DNA of 64,000 nucleotides from Histomonas meleagridis 2922-C6/04-290x. Taxonomy: Eukaryota > Protista > Parabasalia. Numbering within the stretch: the stretch's first letter is position 1; every line of letters starts with the position of its first letter. Positions 22,371-33,342 of the stretch are shown here, one piece after another. The notes beneath the pieces were generated by a model that had not been told where the DNA came from, made no database searches, and saw only the letters and a program-made list of their open reading frames with translations. The DNA lies in contig JAANOX010000258.1 of assembly GCA_020184695.1 (NCBI GenBank), forward strand, positions 124,001 to 188,000, read 5' to 3'. The position numbers and the translations under genes were made by a program.

Positions 22371-24773
22371 ATGAACCTTCCCACCGCCCAAGAACAGAAA
22401 AACATCATTAAGAACTTATTATCAAACCAAAAATATGAACTTGGTGAGAAAGCATATGTTTTATCTTTGCTGTGGTTTCGGCAATGGAAAGACTCAGTTG
22501 GATTTACAAATAATGAACCAAAAGGAAAATGTCCTCCAATTGATAACACAAATATTTTAGAAAATGGTTCCATTAAAAAATCTTTGATGGAAGGTTTTGA
22601 TTTCAAAGTAGTTTCAAAAGAAATTTGGGATAAATTTTATGAATGGTATGGTGGTGGTCCAGAGCATTCAGTAGACGTTGAATACAACCCCACTCGAAAA
22701 GAGTGTGTACCCATTGTCAGTTTGATTACAGTCAAAGTCATATTTCATAAAGAAATAATTCCAATTCAAACGTCTCGTTACCGTAAAATTTCATTATTTA
22801 AAGAAGATGTATGCACCAAAAAAGGTCTTAATCCTAGTGAATATGGACTTTACGAGTATGAAAAAGGAAAAAAATATGATAGATATGATGAATCTAAAGT
22901 TCTTGCTCAACATGCCATCACAAGTGGGAAGATTGTTCTTCTTGATTGTATTTCTAATCCGTCTCTTCCTCAATCGCCCTCTAGATCACAACAAATTCCT
23001 TTCTCAGCCCCATCGGCCCTTAACGTATCCCGACAAACGTATTCTTCGTTTTCGCCTCAAATCGCGTCAAATGTAGAAAAGCAATGTGTGCCAGGTACTT
23101 CAGGCTTTAAGAACCTTGGCAACACATGCTTTTTTAATTCAAGCCTTCAATGTCTTGTGCATACTACTTTACTTTGTGATTATTTCCAAAATACAGATTG
23201 GAAAAAGGATATTTGCACTACTAGCAAACTTGGCGCTAAAGGTGTGTTTAGTTGTCGTTTTGCTTCTTTGGTTAATGATTGTTGGAGTGGTAAATATAGT
23301 GTTATTTCTCCACATGAAATTTTTCGTGTCCTTCAAGCTAATGCTCCTCAGTTTTCTGGATACTCGCAACAAGACTCTCACGAGCTTCTTCTTACAGTTC
23401 TTAGTTTTATCCATGAAGATCTTAATCGATCCAAAGATAAACCTCCAATTAAATCAATCGAAGGTGATGGTACAAATGATTCTGAAGTCGCCAGAGAAGC
23501 ATGGGAGCGTCATAAAAAGCGAGAAGACAGTATTATTGTTGATCTTTTTCATGGTCAACTTAGATCATCAATGTTATGTCCAAACTGTGGGAAAACAACT
23601 AATGCCTTTGATCCATATTTGTCATTGCAACTCCCAGTCCCAAGTGAAATTATTGATTCGCCAGAATTTATTTTTGTTCCATTTAATCCTCTTGAGCCGC
23701 GTAAAGCAGTCAAATTGCCTATCGTCGAGCCGCTAATGGAGGAACCGTTTAGAAAAAATCTTGAAAAAGCAATTGGAAGGAAACTTACAATTGCATATTG
23801 TGTTCGTCAACAAGACACTTTCTTATTAACACGGGGACCTTGTTTTCCTCGGTCATCTCAACTTTATGTTTTTGAGATTCCCGAAAAAGAAGATGCATTA
23901 TATTCGATTGCTGTTTTAGGATATAATTCAAAATCAATATTTAGAACAGTCACCAAAGTTATTGATGCGTTTATATTCGAGATTCCAAATGAAGACCCTT
24001 CTAATGAAGAGTTACAAAAAGCAATTTGCGAACGATTCGACTTTTTGTGGAGCGATGAAAAAGTTGAATTAACAAAGAACGTTAAGTCCATTATGAAGTC
24101 TATCGTCCCATTCAAAAGCAAAGAAAAATTCGAAATTACGGTCAAAAACCCAACAAAGCATAAACGAAATAAACCATTCGAAAGGTCGAGGCACGATAAG
24201 AGGTTTGCTCCAAACAACGTCATAGCACTTTTAAATCAAAAAGTCGGAGAAGACGTTAACTTCAACTGGGGACGTTTAGAAATACCAATTGAAACAATTT
24301 CTTTTAGACAAACAAAAAAAAGTAATCCAACATTAAAAGAATGTGTAGAATGTTTCTCACAAGTGACGACATTGGATGAAATGAACAAGTGGCAATGTCC
24401 ACATTGTAAAGAATATGTATGTGCATCTAAAAAAACAGACATATGGTCACTACCACAAATTCTTGTCATCCAGTTTAAGCGATTTAGGTCAACACAATAC
24501 GGATTCAAGAAAAATAATACTGTGATTGAATTTCCAGATTTGATCGATCTGAAGGATTTTGTAATTGGACCAGACAAAGGGTCAAATTACAAACTGTACG
24601 GAGTCGTGGAACACTTCGGACAACTGAGTGGAGGACACTACATCGCCGACGCATTCTTGGAGAGCAAGCAGAAGTGGCTGTGCTTCAACGACTCAAATGT
24701 TTCCGAAGTGAGCGGAAACAAACCGGGAAACCAACACGCGTACATACTGTTTTATAAAAAAGTGGAAAAATAA
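22371..24773 (+). CDS. Ubiquitin-specific protease (USP4/11/15-like: DUSP, UBL-like, C19 catalytic domain)
   Basis: DUSP (WFRQWK…WYGGGP), Cys box GFKNLGNTCFFNSSLQCL, QQDSHE, His box EHFGQLSGGHY. Likely ATG is 22371. Confidence 0.92.
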   Translation: MNLPTAQEQKNIIKNLLSNQKYELGEKAYVLSLLWFRQWKDSVGFTNNEPKGKCPPIDNTNILENGSIKKSLMEGFDFKVVSKEIWDKFYEWYGGGPEHSVDVEYNPTRKECVPIVSLITVKVIFHKEIIPIQTSRYRKISLFKEDVCTKKGLNPSEYGLYEYEKGKKYDRYDESKVLAQHAITSGKIVLLDCISNPSLPQSPSRSQQIPFSAPSALNVSRQTYSSFSPQIASNVEKQCVPGTSGFKNLGNTCFFNSSLQCLVHTTLLCDYFQNTDWKKDICTTSKLGAKGVFSCRFASLVNDCWSGKYSVISPHEIFRVLQANAPQFSGYSQQDSHELLLTVLSFIHEDLNRSKDKPPIKSIEGDGTNDSEVAREAWERHKKREDSIIVDLFHGQLRSSMLCPNCGKTTNAFDPYLSLQLPVPSEIIDSPEFIFVPFNPLEPRKAVKLPIVEPLMEEPFRKNLEKAIGRKLTIAYCVRQQDTFLLTRGPCFPRSSQLYVFEIPEKEDALYSIAVLGYNSKSIFRTVTKVIDAFIFEIPNEDPSNEELQKAICERFDFLWSDEKVELTKNVKSIMKSIVPFKSKEKFEITVKNPTKHKRNKPFERSRHDKRFAPNNVIALLNQKVGEDVNFNWGRLEIPIETISFRQTKKSNPTLKECVECFSQVTTLDEMNKWQCPHCKEYVCASKKTDIWSLPQILVIQFKRFRSTQYGFKKNNTVIEFPDLIDLKDFVIGPDKGSNYKLYGVVEHFGQLSGGHYIADAFLESKQKWLCFNDSNVSEVSGNKPGNQHAYILFYKKVEK

Positions 24774-25089
24774 ATGTAATAAATGTTTAACTATTTGTTT
24801 TCGGATACGTTTAATGCGCTGCTTTTCCTTAATTAATGTTTCCTGTGACATGTCGTTTGATTTGATTATTGATAAATCTCTTTTCTTCCAATGCATACGT
24901 TGGCTTAGAAAGTTTACCGCTAATCTCTGGGAGAAAAAAATAGTCTTATGCAGATTCTATCCTGATAAACTAGTATTACTTGTAATTGGATATTAAACTG
25001 GAAATGAATTGGTGACATTGCAAATCTTTTAGGACGATGATAGGATAATATATGTCTTTGGAAAGTGTTCTGATTATTTTTTATAAAAA

Positions 25090-25310
25090 ATTTATTTAAT
25101 ATTTATTTTAATAATTTGATATTTCAAAATAATATTTGGAAATTATTTAAATTATTTAAAACAGCACTTATTTGGGCATCTGAAAAAGGTCACATAAAAA
25201 TAGTGAAATTACTTCTTGAACAAAAAGGAATTAACATAAATGAGAATGACATTTAATCTTTTTTATTTAAAGTTTATTTTAATAATTTGATATTTCAAAA
25301 CAATATCTTG
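25090..25310 (+). pseudogene. Orphan single ankyrin unit flanked by two copies of the intervening sequence
   Basis: Insert at about 25090-25157, then KTALIWASEKGHIKIVKLLLEQKGININENDI* (25158-25256), then a truncated second insert. No upstream host ORF. Confidence 0.75.
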
Positions 25311-25480
25311 AAGATGTGTCAGTGCTTTCGTTTTGTGTAACCTCTCTGGACGGTTTCTCCTGATTGATGATCTGATTTTGTTTAAACTTTCTTACTTTTT
25401 TGATGTAAACCAAACAAAATTCGAGTATTTTTGAATTATAAAAAACAAATTTAAATCAATTGTTTACTTTACTTTATTCC

Positions 25481-26008
25481 TTATTTCTTTTCTTTCTTTT
25501 CTTCTTTTTCCTCTTCCTTTGGAGCTGGGAGTGCATGTAAGTGCTCGAATCCGAAGCTGCCCTTGTGCTTTTCCCACTTGGCTTTGAACTTGTCTACTTC
25601 GTTCTCTGGTACGTTGTGCCATTTTTCGCGTGTTGTCTTTTCACCATTTTTATTGGTTTCTTCTTCGATTGTGCACCATTTATTACCAATTCTCCTTGTT
25701 GTTGTTTCTTTAACAGAACCAGATGTTCCATCGCAAGTTTTCTCTCTTAATTCTTCAATTACATTTCCACCATCATAATATGACTTCTTGATTTGACTAT
25801 ACTTATTGTACGATGTTGAAGCCTTTTGTGGTTGTGATTTCTTTTGTGTCTTCTTGCCTTTTTGTTGTTCTTCTGGTTCTTCTTCATCAGATGAATCATT
25901 TTCCATCATATCATTAAGCATGTCTAACATTCTGTAGGCATTGCGAGCAAATCCATATGAGCCATAAGGATTGTAGCCAAAGAATGGATCACCAAATAAA
26001 CCAAACAT
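25481..26008 (-). CDS. Myeloid leukemia factor (MLF)-like protein
   Basis: FGDPFFG N-terminus and a C-terminal ETTTRRIGNKW…NVPENEVDKFKAKW segment resembling the MLF family. Inr-like TCACT/TCATT lies just upstream of ATG 26008. Confidence 0.5.
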   Translation of the reverse strand: MFGLFGDPFFGYNPYGSYGFARNAYRMLDMLNDMMENDSSDEEEPEEQQKGKKTQKKSQPQKASTSYNKYSQIKKSYYDGGNVIEELREKTCDGTSGSVKETTTRRIGNKWCTIEEETNKNGEKTTREKWHNVPENEVDKFKAKWEKHKGSFGFEHLHALPAPKEEEKEEKKEKK

Positions 26009-26194
26009 AAAAATGAAGTGACCACATTTTCCCCAGATTTTCAATACAATTGATAAACAAAAAATGGTCGAACATTTAAATATTCAAAACTGTCCACTTT
26101 TTATGATAAAGCGGTTGGTGTTAAAAAATGATCATTTGCCATTTTTACAATTTGTGCAAAAAGTTGTATCGCACTTTTTTAAAAAGTGTCAACC

Positions 26195-26680
26195 GCTTTT
26201 TTTTATCTGTAAGTAATTTCGCTATATGAAGTGCTGTTTCAAAATATTAAAACATATTTTAAATTATTAAAACATATTCCAAATTATTCAAATGAATAGT
26301 TTTTTCATTAACATCAATTCTTTATCTTAAAGTAATTTTACTATTTCTACATTTCCTGATTTAACTGAATATGTTAAAATTGCATTTGGAATTTTTATAT
26401 TTTCGACATATTTCATCAAAAAGTATTGCCATTTAAAGCAACATCTTCAATAATGGCCTCAATTTTCAGACCTTCCTTTTCTAAATATGATAAAGTTTTA
26501 TACTTATTAGGTTCCAAACATTTTTTCCCGAGATAAATAAGTGTTTCGTTTTCTGCTTTATTAGTTTCAATAGTAAATAACAATTTTTAATATGACTCTA
26601 AATATATATTATACTCAAATTGTTTTTTAATATTTCAAATTTTAATAATATTTTCATACAAGTATCCCCGAAGTACAATA
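26195..26680 (-). pseudogene. Decayed DUF3447-ankyrin paralog with one intervening sequence
   Basis: Fragments FGDTYENIIKF, YLGKKCLEPNKYKTLSYLEKEGLKIEA, AILTYSVKSGNVEIVKLL*, then an insert and ETALHIA. Stops and frameshifts fall inside coding parts. Confidence 0.6.
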
Positions 26681-27698
26681 GTACTTGAATTAATTTTTAA
26701 ATATATCAAAATGATGCAAAATAATGTTGCTAATTTGAGATATTTTTTTTGCCCAGGGCATAATAATATCCCGGAATCATTTGAGATTTCTGTTAACAAA
26801 AAATGTGGTGTGTCAAAAAACGTTAATGATGTGTGACGAATATTTCCTCAATAAAAAGTTTAAATATAATATGAGTAGATAACATTCGATATGTAACATT
26901 TAAAAACATCGTTTTATTATGTTTGAATATATTATATATTAAGATATTTTGAATGTTTTCATATCATGACGATTGAATATTGAGTGCAAAAGATATTTTT
27001 TGCTTATTTTTTCTTCGAATATTCAATCATTTGAATGACTTCTGAATTCCCTGTCAACCATTTTTTTCATCCAAAATAAAATGATCAGTGATGAGGAAGA
27101 ACGAGAAGACAAATAAATTATACAAAAAAAGACATACCGAAATACGTTAAATATTATTTGTAAATATTTTCCTAATCGATTGAATCAGATAACGAAAAAT
27201 AAATATCAATTTTCTTTTGCCATACAAATGAATTATTTTGTTTCGACATTTATTTTGAATTGTGTAAAAATATATTATGATATTTTCGAGATATTATATT
27301 TTGTGTTTTTTCAAAAACACTTTCAATACATATCTGGTCGGACCCCTAAAGGGCCTCCTTTTTTGAACAAAAACTATTTTCTATAGTTTACATTATAATG
27401 TGAAATGCATAATATAGTACGTTGTGTCAAAAAGCATATCCATATTATTAGAGTAAACAAAAATGTTTTACGATTGAACTCCGATTTTTCACAAGATATA
27501 TGTGTTTGTTTAAGCTCACTTACTAATTAGAATAAACTTAACAACTTAAATTTATAAGTTATGTAAAATTGGAATTTTGTACAAAAAATATTTCTTCCGA
27601 TGGACCCATTGAGAAAATATATGTTTCCATAAAGGACTGCTGATTTTTTCCTTTTTTAATAAAACAAAAAGAGGAGCTATTTTTTATTATGATTACCA

Positions 27699-28184
27699 TT
27701 AACGTGGTATCGCAATCACGAGTTGCAAAAATCTTGCGAGAATTTCTGGGTCTGTTACAAACCTTTCCAATTCTGGTGCAATTTGCTGGATAGTGTTAAC
27801 AACATTATTGATAAAACCGATGACATTGTCACGATTGTCGAGAAAATAGTCTGGTCCAGGAATTGGAAACCCATTGCTAATAAGCCTTTGAAGTATCATA
27901 ATTTCAGGAAGTTGCCCTAATTCGTTTGGTAATGTAAATTCATCGTTATCCTCTTCTTCTTCTTCATGAGGAATATAGATATAAATAAATGGTGTCTTTT
28001 TAAAGTCAAGTTCCTTAAGTTCCGTTTCTTCATCCAAAATTTTTCCACCAAAAATTAACAAATAATCAGATGGATTGCCCTCAAGAATTTCACCCAATGT
28101 TTTTTTAATGATTGCAATTGTATCAGTTTCTTCGAAATCCCATTCTTCAAATCCGAAGAGAGGTGATGCAATTGGAATTTTCAT
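27699..28184 (-). CDS. Ubiquitin-like domain protein
   Basis: ETDTIAIIKKTL…YLLIFGGKILDEE UBL fold followed by an acidic linker. Confidence 0.7.
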   Translation of the reverse strand: MKIPIASPLFGFEEWDFEETDTIAIIKKTLGEILEGNPSDYLLIFGGKILDEETELKELDFKKTPFIYIYIPHEEEEEDNDEFTLPNELGQLPEIMILQRLISNGFPIPGPDYFLDNRDNVIGFINNVVNTIQQIAPELERFVTDPEILARFLQLVIAIPR

Positions 28185-28753
28185 TGTAATAATGAAATGT
28201 TATGTGAAATAGAAAGAAATGTTTTTTTTAATTTATGCGTTTATATGAGAATATTAACAAAAATTATTAAATATTAAATATATATTTTATTTACTTATCA
28301 TTATCCTATGGTTTTGTTCCAAATAAATTAAGAGAGAATGCGATTTATTGGTTTTAATTATTTTTACATCTCATTCAATTTATTATGACATTTTTATTAT
28401 AAGTGGCAAAAGTTAACTTAAAAGATTTTGGAAAATTTGAAATGAAAAATGTAAATATGATACCTTAAAATGACAATACACAGAACCCATAGCCAAGGCT
28501 TCTACGTGTAGATTTTAAAAATCAAGAAATATAAACTGTATTATAATCAGCATAATTACTTTAGTTCATAAAAAATAAATTTTAAGACAGACATAGTACA
28601 TCACTGTATCAAATTCTTTCTAATTGCTCCTTCATAACATTTATCAAAAAAAAAAAAAAAAAAAAAAGATAATTTATTAACATCTCCATTCGATTTGGAG
28701 CAAATAAGATGTTCGAGAAAAATCCCAAAAAATTATTTTGTAAGAGTAAATTA

Positions 28754-29182
28754 CTACTGATGAGTCAGGTTTGAAATGCTTTTAATCAGATTGTTTTTCA
28801 TTGTTGAATTTGTTGGTGAAAATGGTGAATAAAATGGGTCTAACATCGAGTCAAAAAGAACGTCTTTGGTTATTTCGCAAACATTCTTCAAGAAGTTTTC
28901 GTTTGGATTTTGGACATGTGGAATCACAATTATTATCTTATATGAAAGCGGTGCTCTGTATCCATATACCATATATTTATTGTTATCATATATAATGGAA
29001 AATTTTTCGCTTCTTCCGAGTCCCGATCTGCCTGGCTTATTTTGTGGAAAATATTCCAATGAACAGTAAACAATTCCATCTAGTTCTAAATCACTGGGAT
29101 CTCCAACGGTTTTGTGGATAAAAAGTAAGCTTTCATCTGGGCCAAGTATTGCAATACATGAGATGGAATTGATTTGAGACAT
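28754..29182 (-). CDS. Sedlin/TRAPPC2L-like longin-fold TRAPP subunit
   Basis: CIAILGPDESLLFI, IVYCSLEYF and YMVYGY…YKIIIV motifs; 142 aa. Confidence 0.7.
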   Translation of the reverse strand: MSQINSISCIAILGPDESLLFIHKTVGDPSDLELDGIVYCSLEYFPQNKPGRSGLGRSEKFSIIYDNNKYMVYGYRAPLSYKIIIVIPHVQNPNENFLKNVCEITKDVLFDSMLDPFYSPFSPTNSTMKNNLIKSISNLTHQ

Positions 29183-29211
29183 TTGGAGAGGGTAAATTTA
29201 CCCTTCATGCT

Positions 29212-29219
29212 AACGGTTA
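29212..29219 (-). promoter_or_regulatory. M3-like motif (TAACCGTT on minus strand)
   Basis: About 30 nt upstream of ATG 29182. Confidence 0.3.
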
Positions 29220-29649
29220 TATACGATAAATTATTAAGAAATTGGAATTTTGATTCTCATTATAAATTTCTCATTCTTGCTTATTTTTGTTATATTAAGT
29301 AATGTAAAATTTTATTTGTGATCTTTTTTTAAATAAAAAATGTCTTCCGACATTTCATAAAATGAACATTTTTAAATAATTTTCTCAATCGACCTCTAAA
29401 ACCCTAGAACGAACATATTTTAGGCATTAAACGATTTAACACCTTGTTAAAATGAAAACATTAACAACACTTAAATTCATTAATTATGAAAAAAATTATA
29501 TCCATTTTTAAAAATTCCATAGAAAATCATTAACAGGTATCATTTAATAAAAAGATAATATCCTAAACACATGTTTTAGCCAGTGAAACAAATGCTTTTT
29601 TGGTCAAACAAATTTCTGTGCGTTATTTGGTCACGCGGTTTCCACATAG

Positions 29650-30459
29650 ATGTCTTTGAACTCTTCAAGCCCTGCTGTTAAAAGATTAATGGGGGAATAT
29701 CAACGTCTTCAGAAGAATCCCGAGAGTAGTTTTGTAGCTGCTCCATTAGATGAAGATATTTTTATTTGGCATTTCACAATTAAAGGCCCACCAGATACAC
29801 CATTTCAAGGCGGTATTTATCATGGAAAAATCATTTTCCCACAACAGTACCCATACAAACCACCTGATATTTATTTTTTAACACCAAATGGACGTTTTGA
29901 AACAAACAAAAAAATTTGTTTATCAATAACTTCATTTCATCCTGACACATGGAATCCATCTTGGGATGTCCGTACAGCTCTTACGTCAATTATTGCATTT
30001 ATGCCAACCAAAGGCGAAGGTGCTGTTGGAGCAATTGATACATCTCCACAAGAAAGAAGAGCTTTAGCTATAGACAGTCGAAATTGGCATTGCCATCAAT
30101 GCAATCTCTCGATAGAACCCGACGATTTCCCAACATCAGAAACAAATTCTGAGATACCAAATGAATCAAATAAAGAGACAGAAAATATCGAAGAAGAAAA
30201 ACATGAAGTAGAGCAAGAGGAAAAGCCAGATACAGACGATGAACACCCAATACCAAAGGTGGAAGAAGAAGATCAAATCGATGAGAAAAAAGTCGACGAT
30301 GGATTTGAACATTATAACTTTGACCAATTAAAGCCAGTTCCACTTGCAAAGAAGCCATCGTTTATTCCTCTTTTGGACATACCTATTTTGATTTTGTTTG
30401 CCATGCTGATTTTCCTTATTACAAACTCCGTATTTGGCTTCGTTAAAATTTTTGAGTAA
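29650..30459 (+). CDS. ER-anchored ubiquitin-conjugating enzyme, Ubc6/UBE2J family
   Basis: WHFTIKGPPDTPFQGGIYHG, TPNGRFETNKKICLSITSFHPDTWNPSW, C-terminal TM segment. Confidence 0.92.
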   Translation: MSLNSSSPAVKRLMGEYQRLQKNPESSFVAAPLDEDIFIWHFTIKGPPDTPFQGGIYHGKIIFPQQYPYKPPDIYFLTPNGRFETNKKICLSITSFHPDTWNPSWDVRTALTSIIAFMPTKGEGAVGAIDTSPQERRALAIDSRNWHCHQCNLSIEPDDFPTSETNSEIPNESNKETENIEEEKHEVEQEEKPDTDDEHPIPKVEEEDQIDEKKVDDGFEHYNFDQLKPVPLAKKPSFIPLLDIPILILFAMLIFLITNSVFGFVKIFE

Positions 30460-30869
30460 AAATTTTCAAAATGTAGAAATTTAACTTCATTAAAACATTA
30501 TTTGGTTGTATAAATGTTTCATTCTATGCTTCATTATTGCTTATTTGGTAATTATAATGATAAAAGATTTTTATAAAATCTAATGTACAAAACGTTTATA
30601 TTATTATTATTATTCCTTCTCTCAGATGATAAAATATAAATAGATGACTCAAAGATAAAAATAAAATTTATTATAATCAAAGCACATATTGACATGTAAC
30701 AATATACGACTAATCATATGATAGAGTTAACGAATTTTATTGGAACGAACATGTACATATTCCATTACCACTCATAATGCAGCATCTGACTCATGATCAC
30801 TTATTTCAAAAGCATTTGCTTAATTTAACTCATTTTCACACAAAAACACTATTTTTATTAAAAATCATT

Positions 30870-32222
30870 TCAAAACACATCCGATCTTAGCGATCTAATT
30901 TTTGCCTTATTTTTCATATTTTGCAACTTTGGCACCACCACATTCATCAGCTGCAAGCTACTTCTCGAGGGCACTCTATTAATTATTGGCAAAGAGTCTG
31001 AACGCGGCTTTCTTGCGTCCAATCTGATGACTCTTGGCACTAGTATTTCTACTTTTTTACTACTTTCGCAAGCGCTCGCGACACGTGGTCTTGTGCATTG
31101 TTCCATTTGGTTACCATTTGTAACGAATGCGTGACTTTTCGCGTAGCTCAACTGCGGCAAAGATTTAACCTTTATTCGAGTTATTAGTTCATATTTAAGT
31201 CCTTCCATTTCGTTAGTCATTTCATCACGTAGCAATATGTTATACGCAATCGTGATGGGATTAACTTCGCGATTACGTAGCATACGCTCGAGATTACTAC
31301 AGTCATACTGAAGATTCGTCATTTGCTCAACGACGCTATCGTTCAGAACGATGGTGTTGGGATCGTTATGGTATTGGTAGCGCTGGATGAAGGAGAAGTT
31401 GTACGTGATCGGGTACCCGGTAGAATCACGCGTCATCCATGGGTGTTGCATAATGCCTTTAAGAGTGATACGTTTGTTGGGATCTTTGGTTAACATATTT
31501 TGTAAAAGATCTTTTAAATCACTCGAAAAATGTGTGGGAAAGTTGGGCTCGTCATGAAGAATCTTGTTGATAAGTTTGGGGATACTGGAATCTTCATATG
31601 GTAAAAAAGATGCAACAATGGCAAATAGTAAAACACCTGCACTCCATATATCAGACTTTTCGGTGTACGGTTGATCTAATAACATCTCAGGTGCTACATA
31701 GGAGGGAGATCCACAGACGGTCGTAAGTGGAGAATTTTGATTGATGATATTGGAAAGGCCAAAATCAATAATACGAATGTTAAAATTGCGGTCAAGAAGA
31801 ATGTTCTCGGCCTTTAAATCACGGTGGATAATACGCTTTTGATTATGAAGATAATCAAGAGCTAAAATAAGTTCAAGAAAAACTTCTTTGGCTCGGTTTT
31901 CTTTCATTGGTCCATTTGTATTAACGTATTCAAGTAATGTACCTTCTTCTGCATATTCCATAAAAATAAAGATAGATTCTTCATTTTCAATCACTTCAAA
32001 TAATTTCGAAATAAATAGGTGGTCTGTCATTTTTAGAATCATTATTTCTCGTTGAACTGATTGTAAGGTTGTATTTTGATCCAAATCTCTTTTATTAATT
32101 TTTTTTATCGCAATTGGACAACCAGTTTTTCGATGGGAACCAAGCCAAACTGTGGCAAAGCTTCCCCTCCCAATTATTTCGAATAATACATAGTCTCCAA
32201 TAATGTTTTCGTCTGTTTGCAT
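30870..32222 (-). CDS. CAMK-group (SNF1/MARK-like) Ser/Thr kinase
   Basis: GRGSFATV, HRDLKAEN, DFG, TVCGSPSYVAPE, DIWSAG. Confidence 0.92.
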   Translation of the reverse strand: MQTDENIIGDYVLFEIIGRGSFATVWLGSHRKTGCPIAIKKINKRDLDQNTTLQSVQREIMILKMTDHLFISKLFEVIENEESIFIFMEYAEEGTLLEYVNTNGPMKENRAKEVFLELILALDYLHNQKRIIHRDLKAENILLDRNFNIRIIDFGLSNIINQNSPLTTVCGSPSYVAPEMLLDQPYTEKSDIWSAGVLLFAIVASFLPYEDSSIPKLINKILHDEPNFPTHFSSDLKDLLQNMLTKDPNKRITLKGIMQHPWMTRDSTGYPITYNFSFIQRYQYHNDPNTIVLNDSVVEQMTNLQYDCSNLERMLRNREVNPITIAYNILLRDEMTNEMEGLKYELITRIKVKSLPQLSYAKSHAFVTNGNQMEQCTRPRVASACESSKKVEILVPRVIRLDARKPRSDSLPIINRVPSRSSLQLMNVVVPKLQNMKNKAKIRSLRSDVF

Positions 32223-32358
32223 TCTTGAGATTGAGAAGAGGTTACCGACCTTTGAAAAAGCTATATCGATGGAGGTTTAATTTACAACAACATGGCACTT
32301 TTCACGATGGAGTGATGTAAAGTTTGACCATGAAATAAGAATATTTTTAGATGAAATC

Positions 32359-32380
32359 TATATATATATATATATATATA
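32359..32380. repeat. (TA)11 microsatellite
   Basis: Direct reading of the sequence. Confidence 0.9.
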
Positions 32381-32607
32381 AAACAAAACGTATGAAATTA
32401 CATTCGTCTCATCAGAAAATAGAAATATAATAAATTTTAGGTATATGTAAAATTGATCATTTTCAATAACAAATAGACTTATTTATAAATTAATCATTAC
32501 ATATCGTATTTTTTTAAAACATACATGAGAATGAAAAGCTTTTTTAAAATAGATTTTATAGAACAAAAAATAAGTATTTATAAAAGAGAAAAAATTTATC
32601 TTCTTCT

Positions 32608-33186
32608 TTAAAGGCATGAACAAAATGAACTTTCATTAGAATCAAATTTCTGTAGTACTTCGAATTTTTCAATATTTGTTCCTGCTAATATGTTTGAATA
32701 AACAATTTCGAATGCTTGATCTATACCAATTCCTTCGCGAGCACTCGTTTCAACATATTTTATATTGTAGTCATTTGCTAGTTTTATACCTTCTTCGTTG
32801 ATAATTCTATTATTAAGATCAATCTTATTTGCACACAAAATTAGCAATGTTTGCGGAACATTCATCAATAGCTCTTTAATCCAACTTTCTGCTTCTGTGA
32901 GAGACGAAGTATTAGAAACATCGTATACGATAAATGACGCAAATGCACCACGATAATACATAGGTGCTAAGCTCTTATATTTTTCCTGGCCAGCAGTGTC
33001 CCATACATTGATTTTATAATCTTGATTTTGAAGATTAACTTTTTTGACCAAATAACTTGCTTCAATTGATGGTCTTGTATTTTCATCAAATTCACCGCTT
33101 ATGTACCTTTTGATGATACATGTTTTACCAACACCTGGTGCACCAACAAAAACCACTTTTACTGAAATACTGTCTTGACATTCCAT
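32608..33186 (-). CDS. Rab-family GTPase
   Basis: GAPGVGKT, WDTAGQEKYKSLAPMYYRG, NKID, ETSA, C-terminal CSCL. Confidence 0.92.
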   Translation of the reverse strand: MECQDSISVKVVFVGAPGVGKTCIIKRYISGEFDENTRPSIEASYLVKKVNLQNQDYKINVWDTAGQEKYKSLAPMYYRGAFASFIVYDVSNTSSLTEAESWIKELLMNVPQTLLILCANKIDLNNRIINEEGIKLANDYNIKYVETSAREGIGIDQAFEIVYSNILAGTNIEKFEVLQKFDSNESSFCSCL

Positions 33187-33342
33187 TTTAAGAAACGTTA
33201 AAATTATCGATTTGGCAAAACTGTTTTATTCTGACATATTGAAATTATGATAAAGTTTACAATTATTGAATGAAAACGTTCCTTAATTTATAAATTCAAT
33301 TCAAACTTCAAAATAAAGTCAAGGAAATGGTTTATTTGGTAA

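Noticed and set aside
28646-28667. 22-nt poly-A run as a retroposon tail
   Set aside because: No recognisable upstream element body and no target-site duplication.
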